Positions 28,357 to 41,900 of a DNA stretch of 64,000 nucleotides are shown one piece after another; the stretch's first letter is position 1, and each line of letters opens with the position of its first letter. Where the stretch lies: assembly GCF_009914755.1 (NCBI RefSeq), contig NC_060948.1; one strand, written 5' to 3'. This DNA is from the human T2T-CHM13v2.0 reference genome, Homo sapiens. Under the pieces are notes generated by a model that was given only the letters and a program-made list of their open reading frames with translations, did not search any database and had not been told where the DNA came from. A program made the position numbers and the translations under genes.

Positions 28357-31300
28357 GGCCTGGAATAAAGTGGAATGCTACGGTCTCGAATGGAATAAAA
28401 ATGTATGGAATGGAATGCAATGAAACGGAATCGAATGTCATAGAATGTAATGGAATGCAAAAAAATGGAATCCAAAATCATTGACTGGAAAGGCTGGGTG
28501 TCGAAAGGAATTGACTCCAATGGAATGGAATCGAATGGAATGGAAGTGAATAGAATCGAACTAAATCGAATGGAATGGAATTGATAGGAACGGAATGGAA
28601 AGGAATGCAATGATTTGGCATGGAATGGAATCGAATGGCATCGAATGGAATGGAATGGAATGCAATGGAATGGAATGTATTAGAATGTAATGAACTTTAA
28701 TGGAATGTACTCGAATGGATTCGACTGGAATGGAATGTTCTGGAAGTGAATGGACTCCAATGGAATGGATTGAAAAGGAATGGAATCGTACGGAATGGAA
28801 TCTAATGGAATGGAATTAAATGGAAATGAATCAAATTGAATAGCACGAAATTGAATTGAATGGAATCGAATGCAATGGAATCTAATGAAATGGAAAGGAA
28901 AGGAATGGAATGGAATGGGCTGGAATGGAAAGGAATCGAAACGAATGGAATGGAATCGAACTGAGGAGACTGGAATGGAATACACTTCAATGGAAGGGAA
29001 TGTAATGGAAGCTTCTCGAAAAAAATGGAAACGAATGGAATGGAATTGTATGGAACGGAATAGAGTCGAATGGAATTGAATGGAATGGAATGGACTAGAG
29101 TGAAATGGAATCGAACCACAAGGAATGGACAGGAATAGAATGGTCTCGAATTGAACGGAATCGTATGGAATGGCATCAAACGGAATGGAATGGACAGCCA
29201 CGGAATGGAATGCACTCGAATGCAATGGAGTCGAAACTAATGGACTGGAATAGAATGGACTCGACTGGTACGGACTCCAATGGAATGGAATCGAATGGAA
29301 GGGAATCGAACGGAATGGACTCGAAGGGAAAAGACTGCAATGGAAAGGTCTCGAATGGAATGGAAATTAATGGAATGGAATGGAATCGAATGAAATGGAG
29401 TCAAAAGGAATGGAATCGAATGGCAAGAAATCGAATGTAATGGAATCGCAAGGAATTGATGTGAACGGAACGGAATGGAATGGAATCCAAAGAAATGGAA
29501 TAGAATGGAATGGAATCGAATGGAAAGGACTCGAATGGAAATCACTCGAATAGAATGCAATTTAATAAAATAGGATGAAATGTAATGGAATGGAATGGAA
29601 AGGAATCGAAACGAAAGGAATGGAGACAGATGGAATGGAATGGAACAGAGAGCAATGGTATAGAATGGAATGGAATCATCTGGAATGGAATTGAATGGAA
29701 TGGAATAATATGAAATGGAATGGAATGGAATGGAATGCCCTTGAATTAAATGGACTGGAATGGAATGGACTCGAACAGAGTGGAATGGAAAGTGTTGAGA
29801 TAGAATGGAATGGACTCGTTGGGAATGGTCTAGTATGCAATGCAATCGACAGGCAGGGAATCAAAAGGAATGTAATCGAATGGATTGGACTGGAATGCAA
29901 TGGACTCGAATAGATTGGAAACGGAATGCAAAGGAATGGAATGGAATAGTATGGAATGGAATGGAAAGGAATGGAGTGGAATAGACTAGAGTGGAATGGA
30001 ATGGACTGGAAAGCAATGGACTGGAATGGAACTTTCTTGAATGGACTGGAATCAAACGGAATGGAATGCAATGCAATCAAATGGCATGGAATAAAATAGA
30101 ATGAAAGAGAATCAAATGGAATGGAATCGAATGGAATCGAATGGATTGGAAAGGAATAGAATGGAATGGAATGGAATTGATTCAAATGGAATGGACTAGA
30201 ATGGAATGGATTCGAATGGAAGGCAAAGGAATGGAATCTATTGGAATGGCCTGCAATGGAATGGAATGGAAGGGATTGGAATGGACTCGAATGGAATGGA
30301 CTGCAATAGAAAGGATTCGAATGGCATGAAAAAGAATTGAATGGAATAGAACAGAATGGAATCAAATCGAATGAAATGGAATGGAATAGAAAGGAATGGA
30401 ATGAAATGGAATGGAAAGGATTCGAATGGAATGCAATCGAATGGAATGGAATCGAACGGAATGGAATAAAATGGAAGCAAACTGGCAAGAAATGGAATCG
30501 AAATGAATGGAGTGTTATGGATCGGACTCAAAATGAATTGAATGTAATAGAATGGAGTGGAGTGGACTCGAATATAATGGACTGGAATGGAATGAAATCA
30601 CATGGAATGGGAACGAATGGAATGGAATGGAAAGGAATGGAATCGAATGGAAAGGAATCGAATGGAAGGGAATGAAATTGAATCAACAGGAATGGAAGGG
30701 AATAGAATAGACGGTAATGGAATGGACTCGAATAGAATGGACACGAATGCTCAAATTGAATGGACTCGAATGGAATGGAAACGAAAGGAATGTCATCGAA
30801 TGGAATGGAATCGATTGGAATGAAATCGCATAGAATGGAGTGGAATCAAATGGAATTGAATCGAAAGGAAAGGAAGCGAATGGACTGAAATGAAATGGAA
30901 TGGAATTGAATGGAAAGTAATGCAATGGAATAGAATGGAACGAAATTTCACGGAATGGAATCAAACTGAATGGAATCAAATCAATGGAATATAATCAAAT
31001 GGAATGGAAAGGAATTGAATGGAGTAGATGGGATTGGATGGGATTGGAATGAAATGTACTGGAAAGGACTCGAATTTCATGAAACGGAATGGAATGAATT
31101 GGAACGGAATGGACTCGAATGGAATGGAATGTCATGGAATGGCATCAAATGGAATGGAATCGAATGCAATGGAATGTTATGGAATGGAATGGAATGCATT
31201 GGAATGGAATGTCCTCTAATGGAATGGATTCGAGTGGAATGGAATCGAATATAATGGAGTCGAATGAAATGGAATTGAAAGGAATGGGATCGAATACAAT

Positions 31301-31855
31301 GGAATATACTGGAATGTAATGTAATGAACTCGAATGTAATTGACTGGAATGGAATGTACATGAATGGAAAGTAATCCAATGGAATAGAATCTAATGCAAT
31401 AAAATCGACTCAGATAGAGTAGAATGTAATGGAATGGAGTGCAGTGCAATGGAATGGAATGGAATGGAATGCAATGGAATGGAATGGAATGGGATGGAAT
31501 GGTATGGAATGGATAGTAATGGACTGGAGTGAAATGGACTGGAAAGGAATGGACTCAAATTGAAAGGGCTCGAAAGGAATGGAGTCAAATGGAATGGTCT
31601 GGAATGGAATGAACACGAATGTAATGCAATCCAATAGAATGGAATCGAATGGCATGGAATATAAAGAAATGCAATCGAAGAGAATGGAAACAAACGGAAT
31701 GGAATTGAATGGAATGGAATTGAATGGAATGGGAACGAATGGAGTGAAATTGTATGCAGTAGAAGAGAATAGAATGGAATGCAAGCGAAAGGAAAGGAAT
31801 GGATTGGAATGGAATGGAATTCATTGGAATGGAAGGGAATGTAGTGTAATGGACA
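28357..31855 (+). repeat. DYZ1 unit 9, 3499 bp (two 15 bp deletions)
   Basis: Single GGCATCAAATGGAAT copy at ~31141 instead of two; TGTAATCGAATGGAA missing at ~31369. Confidence 0.93.
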
Positions 31856-34800
31856 GGCCTGGAATAAAGTGGAATGCTACGGTCTCGAATGGAATAAAAA
31901 TGTATGGAATGGAATGCAATGAAACGGAATCGAATGTCATAGAATGTAATGGAATGCAAAAAAATGGACTCCAAAATCATTGACTGGAAAGGCTGGGTGT
32001 CGAAAGGAATTGACTCCAATGGAATGGAATCGAATGGAATGGAAGTGAATAGAATCGAACTAAATCGAATGGAATGGAATTGATAGGAACGGAATGGAAA
32101 GGAATGCAATGATTTGGCATGGAATGGAATCGAATGGCATCGAATGGAATGGAATGGAATGCAATGCAATGGAATGTATTAGAATGTAATGAACTTTAAT
32201 GGAATGTACTCGAATGGATTCGACTGGAATGGAATGTTCTGGAAGTGAATGGACTCCAATGGAATGGATTCAAAAGGAATGGAATCGTACGGAATGGAAT
32301 CTAATGGAATGCAATTAAATGGAAATGAATCAAATTGAATAGCACGAAATTGAATTGAATGGAATCGAATGCAATGGAATCTAATGAAATGGAAAGGAAA
32401 GGAATGGAATGGAATGGGCTGGAATGGAAAGGAATCGAAACGAATGGAATGGAATCGAACTGAGGAGACTGGAATGGAATACACTTCAATGGAAGGGAAT
32501 GTAATGGAAGGTTCTCGAAAAAAATGGAAACGAATGGAATGGAATTGAATGGAACGGAATAGAGTCGAATGGAATTGAATGGAATGGAATGGACTAGAGT
32601 GAAATGGAATCGAACCACAAGGAATGGACAGGAATAGAATGGTCTCGAATTGAACGGAATCGTATGGAATGGCATCAAACGGAATGGAATGGACAGCCAC
32701 GGAATGGAATGCACTCGAATGCAATGGAGTCGAAACTAATGGACTGGAATAGAATGGACTCGACTGGTACGGACTCCAATGGAATGGAATCGAATGGAAG
32801 GGAATCGAACGGAATGGACTCGAAGGGAAAAGACTGCAATGGAAAGGTCTCGAATGGAATGGAAATTAATGGAATGGAATGGAATCGAATGAAATGGAGT
32901 CAAAAGGAATGGAATCGAATGGCAAGAAATCGAATGTAATGGAATCGCAAGGAATTGATGTGAACGGAACGGAATGGAATGGAATCCAAAGAAATGGAAT
33001 AGAATGGAATGGAATCGAATGGAAAGGACTCGAATGGAAATCACTCGAATAGAATGCAATTTAATAAAATAGGATGAAATGTAATGGAATGGAATGGAAA
33101 GGAATCGAAACGAAAGGAATGGAGACAGATGGAATGGAATGGAACAGAGAGCAATGGTATAGAATGGAATGGAATCATCTGGAATGGAATTGAATGGAAT
33201 GGAATAATATGAAATGGAATGGAATGGAATGGAATGCCCTTGAATTAAATGGACTGGAATGGAATGGACTCGAACAGAGTGGAATGGAAAGTGTTGAGAT
33301 AGAATGGAATGGACTCGTTTGGAATGGTCTAGTATGCAATGCAATCGACAGGCAGGGAATCAAAAGGAATGTAATCGAATGGATTGGACTGGAATGCAAT
33401 GGACTCGAATAGATTGGAAACGGAATGCAAAGGAATGGAATGGAATAGTATGGAATGGAATGGAAAGGAATGGAGTGGAATAGACTAGAGTGGAATGGAA
33501 TGGACTCGAAAGCAATGGACTGGAATGGAACTTTCTTGAATGGACTGGAATCAAACGGAATGGAATGCAATGCAATCAAATGGCATGGAATAAAATAGAA
33601 TGAAAGAGAATCAAATGGAATGGAACCGAATGGAATCGAATGGATTGGAAAGGAATAGAATGGAATGGAATGGAATTGATTCAAATGGAATGGACTAGAA
33701 TGGAATGGATTCGAATGTAAGGCAAAGGAATGGAATCTATTGGAATGGCCTGCAATGGAATGGAATGGAAGGGATTGGAATGGACTCGAATGGAATGGAC
33801 TGCAATAGAAAGGATTCGAATGGCATGAAAAAGAATTGAATGGAATAGAACAGAATGGAATCAAATCGAATGAAATGGAATGGAATAGAAAGGAATGGAA
33901 TGAAATGGAATGGAAAGGATTCGAATGGAATGCAATCGAATGGAATGGAATCGAACGGAATGGAATAAAATGGAAGCAAACTGGCAAGAAATGGAATCGA
34001 AATGAATGGAGTGTTATGGATCGGACTCAAAATGAATTGAATGTAATAGAATGGAGTGGAGTGGACTCGAATATAATGGACTGGAATGGAATGAAATCAC
34101 ATGGAATGGGAACGAATGGAATGGAATGGAAAGGAATGGAATCGAATGGAAAGGAATCGAATGGAAGGGAATGAAATTGAATCAACAGGAATGGAAGGGA
34201 ATAGAATAGACGGTAATGGAATGGACTCGAATAGAATGGACACGAATGCTCAAATTGAATGGACTCGAATGGAATGGAAACGAAAGGAATGTCATCGAAT
34301 GGAATGGAATCGATTGGAATGAAATCGCATAGAATGGAGTGGAATCAAATGGAATTGAATCGAAAGGAAAGGAAGCGAATGGACTGAAATGAAATGGAAT
34401 GGAATTGAATGGAAAGTAATGCAATGGAATAGAATGGAACGAAATTTCACGGAATGGAATCAAACTGAATGGAATCAAATCAATGGAATATAATCAAATG
34501 GAATGGAAAGGAATTGAATGGAGTAGATGGGATTGGATGGGATTGGAATGAAATGTACTGGAAAGGACTCGAATTTCATGAAACGGAATGGAATGAATTG
34601 GAACGGAATGGACTCGAATGGAATGGAATGTCATGGAATGGCATCAAATGGAATGGCATCAAATGGAATGGAATCGAATGCAATGGAATGCTATGGAATG
34701 GAATGGAATGCATTGGAATGGAATGTCCTCTAATGGAATGGATTCGAGTGGAATGGAATCGAATATAATGGAGTCGAATGAAATGGAATTGAAAGGAATG

Positions 34801-37800
34801 GGATCGAATACAATGGAATATACTGGAATGTAATGTAATGAACTCGAATGTAATTGACTGGAATGGAATGTACATGAATGGAATGTAATCGAATGGAAAG
34901 TAATCCAATGGAATAGAATCTAATGCAATAAAATCTACTCAGATAGAGTAGAATGTAATGGAATGGAGTGCAGTGCAATGGAATGGAATGGAATGGAATG
35001 CAATGGAATGGAATGGAATGGGATGGAATGGTATGGAATGGATAGTAATGGACTGGAGTGAAATGGACTGGAAAGGAATGGACTCAAATTGAAAGGGCTC
35101 GAAAGGAATGGAGTCAAATGGAATGGTCTGGAATGGAATGAACACGAATGTAATGCAATCCAATAGAATGGAATCGAATGGCATGGAATATAAAGAAATG
35201 CAATCGAAGAGAATGGAAACAAACGGAATGGAATTGAATGGAATGGAATTGAATGGAATGGGAACGAATGGAGTGAAATTGTATGCAGTAGAAGAGAATA
35301 GAATGGAATGCAAGCGAAAGGAAAGGAATGGATTGGAATGGAATGGAATTCATTGGAATGGAAGGGAATGTAGTGTAATGGACAGGCCTGGAATAAAGTG
35401 GAATGCTACGGTCTCGAATGGAATAAAAATGTATGGAATGGAATGCAATGAAACGGAATCGAATGTCATAGAATGTAATGGAATGCAAAAAAATGGAATC
35501 CAAAATCATTGACTGGAAAGGCTGGGTGTCGAAAGGAATTGACTCCAATGGAATGGAATCGAATGGAATGGAAGTGAATAGAATCGAACTAAATCGAATG
35601 GAATGGAATTGATAGGAACGGAATGGAAAGGAATGCAATGATTTGGCATGGAATGGAATCGAATGGCATCGAATGGAATGGAATGGAATGCAATGCAATG
35701 GAAAGTATTAGAATGTAATGAACTTTAATGGAATGTACTCGAATGGATTCGACTGGAATGGAATGTTCTGGAAGTGAATGGACTCCAATGGAATGGATTG
35801 AAAAGGAATGGAATCGTACGGAATGGAATCTAATGGAATGGAATTAAATGGAAATGAATCAAATTGAATAGCACGAAATTGAATTGAATGGAATCGAATG
35901 CAATGGAATCTAATGAAATGGAAAGGAAAGGAATGGAATGGAATGGGCTGGAATGGAAAGGAATCGAAACGAATGGAATGGAATCTAACTGAGGAGACTG
36001 GAATGGAATACACTTCAATGGAAGGGAATGTAATGGAAGCTTCTTGAAAGAAATGGAAACGAATGGAATGGAATTGAATGGAACGGAATAGAGTCGAATG
36101 GAATTGAATGGAATGGAATGGACTAGAGTGAAATGGAATCGAACCACAAGGAATGGACAGCAATAGAATGGTCTCGAATTGAACGGAATCGTATGGAATG
36201 GCATCAAACGGAATGGAATGGACAGCCACGGAATGGAATGCACTCGAATGCAATGGAGTCGAAACTAATGGACTGGAATAGAATGGACTCGACTGGTACG
36301 GACTCCAATGGAATGGAATCGAATGGAAGGGAATCGAACGGAATAGACTCGAAGGGAAAAGACTGCAATGGAAAGGTCTCGAATGGAATGGAAATTAATG
36401 GAATGGAATGGAATCGAATGAAATGGAGTCAAAAGGAATGGAATCGAATGGCAAGAAATCGAATGTAATGGAATCACAAGGAATTGATGTGAACGGAACG
36501 GAATGGAATGGAATCCAAAGAAATGGAATAGAATGGAATGGAATCGAATGGAAAGGACTCGAATGGAAATCACTCGAATAGAATGCAATTTAATAAAATA
36601 GGATGAAATGTAATGGAATGGAATGGAAAGGAATCGAAACGAAAGGAATGGAGACAGATGGAATGGAATGGAACAGAGAGCAATGGTATACAATGGAATG
36701 GAATCATCTGGAATGGAATTGAATGGAATGGAATAATATGAAATGGAATGGAATGGAATGGAATGCCCTTGAATTAAATGGACTGGAATGGAATGGACTC
36801 GAACAGAGTGGAATGGAAAGTGTTGAGATAGAATGGAATGGACTCGTTGGGAATGGTCTAGTATGCAATGCAATCGACTGGCAGGGAATCAGAAGGAATG
36901 TAATCGAATGGATTGGACTGGAATGCAATGGACTCGAATAGATTGGAAACGGAATGCAAAGGAATGGAATGGAATAGTATGGAATGGAATGGAAAGGAAT
37001 GGAGTGGAATAGACTAGAGTGGAATGGAATGGACTCGAAAGCAATGGACTGGAATGGAACTTTCTTGAATGGACTGGAATCAAACGGAATGGAATGCAAT
37101 GCAATCAAATGGCATGGAATAAAATAGAATGAAAGAGAATCAAATGAAATGGAATCGAATGGAATCGAATGGATTGGAAAGGAATAGAATGGAATGGAAT
37201 GGAATTGATTCAAATGGAATGGACTAGAATGGAATGGATTCGAATGGACGGCAAAGGAATGGAATCTATTGGAATGGACTGCAATGGAATGGAATGGAAG
37301 GGATTGGAATGGACTCGAATGGAATGGACTGCAATAGAAAGGATTCGAATGGCATGAAAAAGAATTGAATGGAATAGAACAGAATGGAATCAAATCGAAT
37401 GAAATGGAATGGAATAGAAAGGAATGGAATGAAATGGAATGGAAAGGATTCGAATGGAATGCAATCGAATGGAATGGAATCGAACGGAATGGAATAAAAT
37501 GGAAGCAAACTGGCAAGAAATGGAATCGAAATGAATGGAGTGTTATGGAACGGACTCAAAAGGAATTGAATGTAATAGAATGGAGTGGAGTGGACTCGAA
37601 TATAATGGACTGGAATGGAATGAAATCACATGGAATGGGAACGAATGGAATGGAATGGAAAGGAATGGAATCGAATGGAAAGGAATCGAATGGAAGGGAA
37701 TGAAATTGAATCAACAGGAATGGAAGGGAATAGAATAGACGGTAATGGAATGGACTCGAATAGAATGGACACGAATGCTCAAATTGAATGGACTCGAATG

Positions 37801-38913
37801 GAATGGAAACGAAAGGAATGTCATCGAATGGAATGGAATCGATTGGAATGAAATCGCATAGAATGGAGTGGAATCAAATGGAATTGAATCGAAAGGAAAG
37901 GAAGCGAATGGACTGAAATGAAATGGAATGGAATTGAATGGAAAGTAATGCAATGGAATAGAATGGAACGAAATTTCACGGAATGGAATCAAACTGAATG
38001 GAATCAAATCAATGGAATATAATCAAATGGAATGGAAAGGAATTGAATGGAGTAGATGGGATTGGATGGGATTGGAATGAAATGTACTGGAAAGGACTCG
38101 AATTTCATGAAACGGAATGGAATGAATTGGAACGGAATGGACTCGAATGGAATGGAATGTCATGGAATGGCATCAAATGGAATGGCATCAAATGGAATGG
38201 AATCGAATGCAATGGAATGCTATGGAATGGAATGGAATGCATTGGAATGGAATGTCCTCTAATGGAATGGATTCGAGTGGAATGGAATCGAATATAATGG
38301 AGTCGAATGAAATGGAATTGAAAGGAATGGGATCGAATACAATGGAATATACTGGAATGTAATGTAATGAACTCGAATGTAATTGACTGGAATGGAATGT
38401 ACATGAATGGAATGTAATCGAATGGAAAGTAATCCAATGGAATAGAATCTAATGCAATAAAATCGACTCAGATAGAGTAGAATGTAATGGAATGGAGTGC
38501 AGTGCAATGGAATGGAATGGAATGGAATGCAATGGAATGGAATGGAATGGGATGGAATGGTATGGAATGGATAGTAATGGACTGGAGTGAAATGGACTGG
38601 AAAGGAATGGACTCAAATTGAAAGGGCTCGAAAGGAATGGAGTCAAATGGAATGGTCTGGAATGGAATGAACACGAATGTAATGCAATCCAATAGAATGG
38701 AATCGAATGGCATGGAATATAAAGAAATGCAATCGAAGAGAATGGAAACAAACGGAATGGAATTGAATGGAATGGAATTGAATGGAATGGGAACGAATGG
38801 AGTGAAATTGTATGCAGTAGAAGAGAATAGAATGGAATGCAAGCGAAAGGAAAGGAATGGATTGGAATGGAATGGAATTCATTGGAATGGAAGGGAATGT
38901 AGTGTAATGGACA
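31856..38913 (+). repeat. DYZ1 units 10-11, 3529 bp each
   Basis: GGCC anchors at 31856, 35385 and 38914. Confidence 0.95.
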
Positions 38914-41900
38914 GGCCTGGAATAAAGTGGAATGCTACGGTCTCGAATGGAATAAAAATGTATGGAATGGAATGCAATGAAACGGAATCGAATGTCATAG
39001 AATGTAATGGAATGCAAAAAAATGGAATCCAAAATCATTGACTGGAAAGGCTGGGTGTCGAAAGGAATTGACTCCAATGGAATGGAATCGAATGGAATGG
39101 AAGTGAATAGAATCGAACTAAATCGAATGGAATGGAATTGATAGGAACGGAATGGAAAGGAATGCAATGATTTGGCATGGAATGGAATCGAATGGCATCG
39201 AATGGAATGGAATGGAATGCAATGCAATGGAAAGTATTAGAATGTAATGAACTTTAATGGAATGTACTCGAATGGATTCGACTGGAATGGAATGTTCTGG
39301 AAGTGAATGGACTCCAATGGAATGGATTGAAAAGGAATGGAATCGTACGGAATGGAATCTAATGGAATGGAATTAAATGGAAATGAATCAAATTGAATAG
39401 CACGAAATTGAATTGAATGGAATCGAATGCAATGGAATCTAATGAAATGGAAAGGAAAGGAATGGAATGGAATGGGCTGGAATGGAAAGGAATCGAAACG
39501 AATGGAATGGAATCGAACTAAGGAGACTGGAATGGAATACACTTCAATGGAAGGGAATGTAATGGAAGCTTCTCGAAAAAAATGGAATCGAATGGAATGG
39601 AATTGAATGGAACGGAATAGAGTCGAATGGAATTGAATGGAATGGAATGGACTAGAGTGAAATGGAATCGAACCACAAGGAATGGACAGGAATAGAATGG
39701 TCTCGAATTGAACGGAATCGTATGGAATGGCATCAAACGGAATGGAATGGACAGCCACGGAATGGAATGCACTCGAATGCAATGGAGTCGAAACTAATGG
39801 ACTGGAATAGAATGGACTCGACTGGTACGGACTCCAATGGAATGGAATCGAATGGAAGGGAATCGAACGGAATGGACTCGAAGGGAAAAGACTGCAATGG
39901 AAAGGTCTCGAATGGAATGGAAATTAATGGAATGGAATGGAATCGAATGAAATGGAGTCAAAAGGAATGGAATCGAATGGCAAGAAATCGAATGTAATGG
40001 AATCGCAAGGAATTGATGTGAACGGAACGGAATGGAATGGAATCCAAAGAAATGGAATAGAATGGAATGGAATCGAATGGAAAGGACTCGAATGGAAATC
40101 ACTCGAATAGAATGCAATTTAATAAAATAGGATGAAATGTAATGGAATGGAATGGAAAGGAATCGAAACGAAAGGAATGGAGACAGATGGAATGGAATGG
40201 AACAGAGAGCAATGGTATACAATGGAATGGAATCATCTGGAATGGAATTGAATGGAATGGAATAATATGAAATGGAATGGAATGGAATGGAATGCCCTTG
40301 AATTAAATGGACTGGAATGGAATGGACTCGAACAGAGTGGCATGGAAAGTGTTGAGATAGAATGGAATGGACTCGTTGGGAATGGTCTAGTATGCAATGC
40401 AATCGACTGGCAGGGAATCAAAAGGAATGTAATCGAATGGATTGGACTGGAATGCAATGGACTCGAATAGATTGGAAACGGAATGCAAAGGAATGGAATG
40501 GAATAGTATGGAATGGAATGGAAAGGAATGGAGTGGAATAGACTAGAGTGGAATGGAATGGACTCGAAAGCAATGGACTGTAATGGAACTTTCTTGAATG
40601 GACTGGAATCAAACGGAATGGAATGCAATGCAATCAAATGGCATGGAATAAAATAGAATGAAAGAGAATCAAATGGAATGGAATCGAATGGAATCGAATG
40701 GATTGGAAAGGAATAGAATGGAATGGAATGGAATTGATTCAAATGGAATGGACTAGAATGGAATGGATTCGAATGGAAGGCAAAGGAATGGAATCTATTG
40801 GAATGGACTGCAATGGAATGGAATGGAAGGGATTGGAATGGACTCGAATGGAATGGACTGCAATAGAAAGGATTCGAATGGCATGAAAAAGAATTGAATG
40901 GAATAGAACAGAATGGAATCAAATCGAATGAAATGGAATGGAATAGAGAGGAATGGAATGAAATGGAATGGAAAGGATTCGAATGGAATGCAATCGAATG
41001 GAATGGAATCGAACGGAATGGAATAAAATGGAAGCAAACTGGCAAGAAATGGAATCGAAATGAATGGAGTGTTATGGATCGGACTCAAAATGAATTGAAT
41101 GTAATAGAATGGAGTGGAGTGGACTCGAATATAATGGACTGGAATGGAATGAAATCACATGGAATGGGAACGAATGGAATGGAATGGAAAGGAATGGAAT
41201 CGAATGGAAAGGAATCGAATGGAAGGGAATGAAATTGAATCAACAGGAATGGAAGGGAATAGAATAGACGGTAATGGAATGGACTCGAATAGAATGGACA
41301 CGAATGCTCAAATTGAATGGACTCGAATGGAATGGAAACGAAAGGAATGTCATCGAATGGAATGGAATCGATTGGAATGAAATCGCATAGAATGGAGTGG
41401 AATCAAATGGAATTGAATCGAAAGGAAAGGAAGCGAATGGACTGAAATGAAATGGAATGGAATTGAATGGAAAGTAATGCAATGGAATAGAATGGAACGA
41501 AATTTCACGGAATGGAATCAAACTGAATGGAATCAAATCAATGGAATATAATCAAATGGAATGGAAAGGAATTGAATGGAGTAGATGGGATTCGATGGGA
41601 TTGGAATGAAATGTACTGGAAAGGACTCGAATTTCATGAAACGGAATGGAATGAATTGGAACGGAATGGACTCGAATGGAATGGAATGTCATGGAATGGC
41701 ATCAAATGGAATGGCATCAAATGGAATGGAATCGAATGCAATGGAATGCTATGGAATGGAATGGAATGCATTGGAATGGAATGTCCTCTAATGGAATGGA
41801 TTCGAGTGGAATGGAATCGAATATAATGGAGTCGAATGAAATGGAATTGAAAGGAATGGGATCGAATACAATGGAATATACTGGAATGTAATGTAATGAA

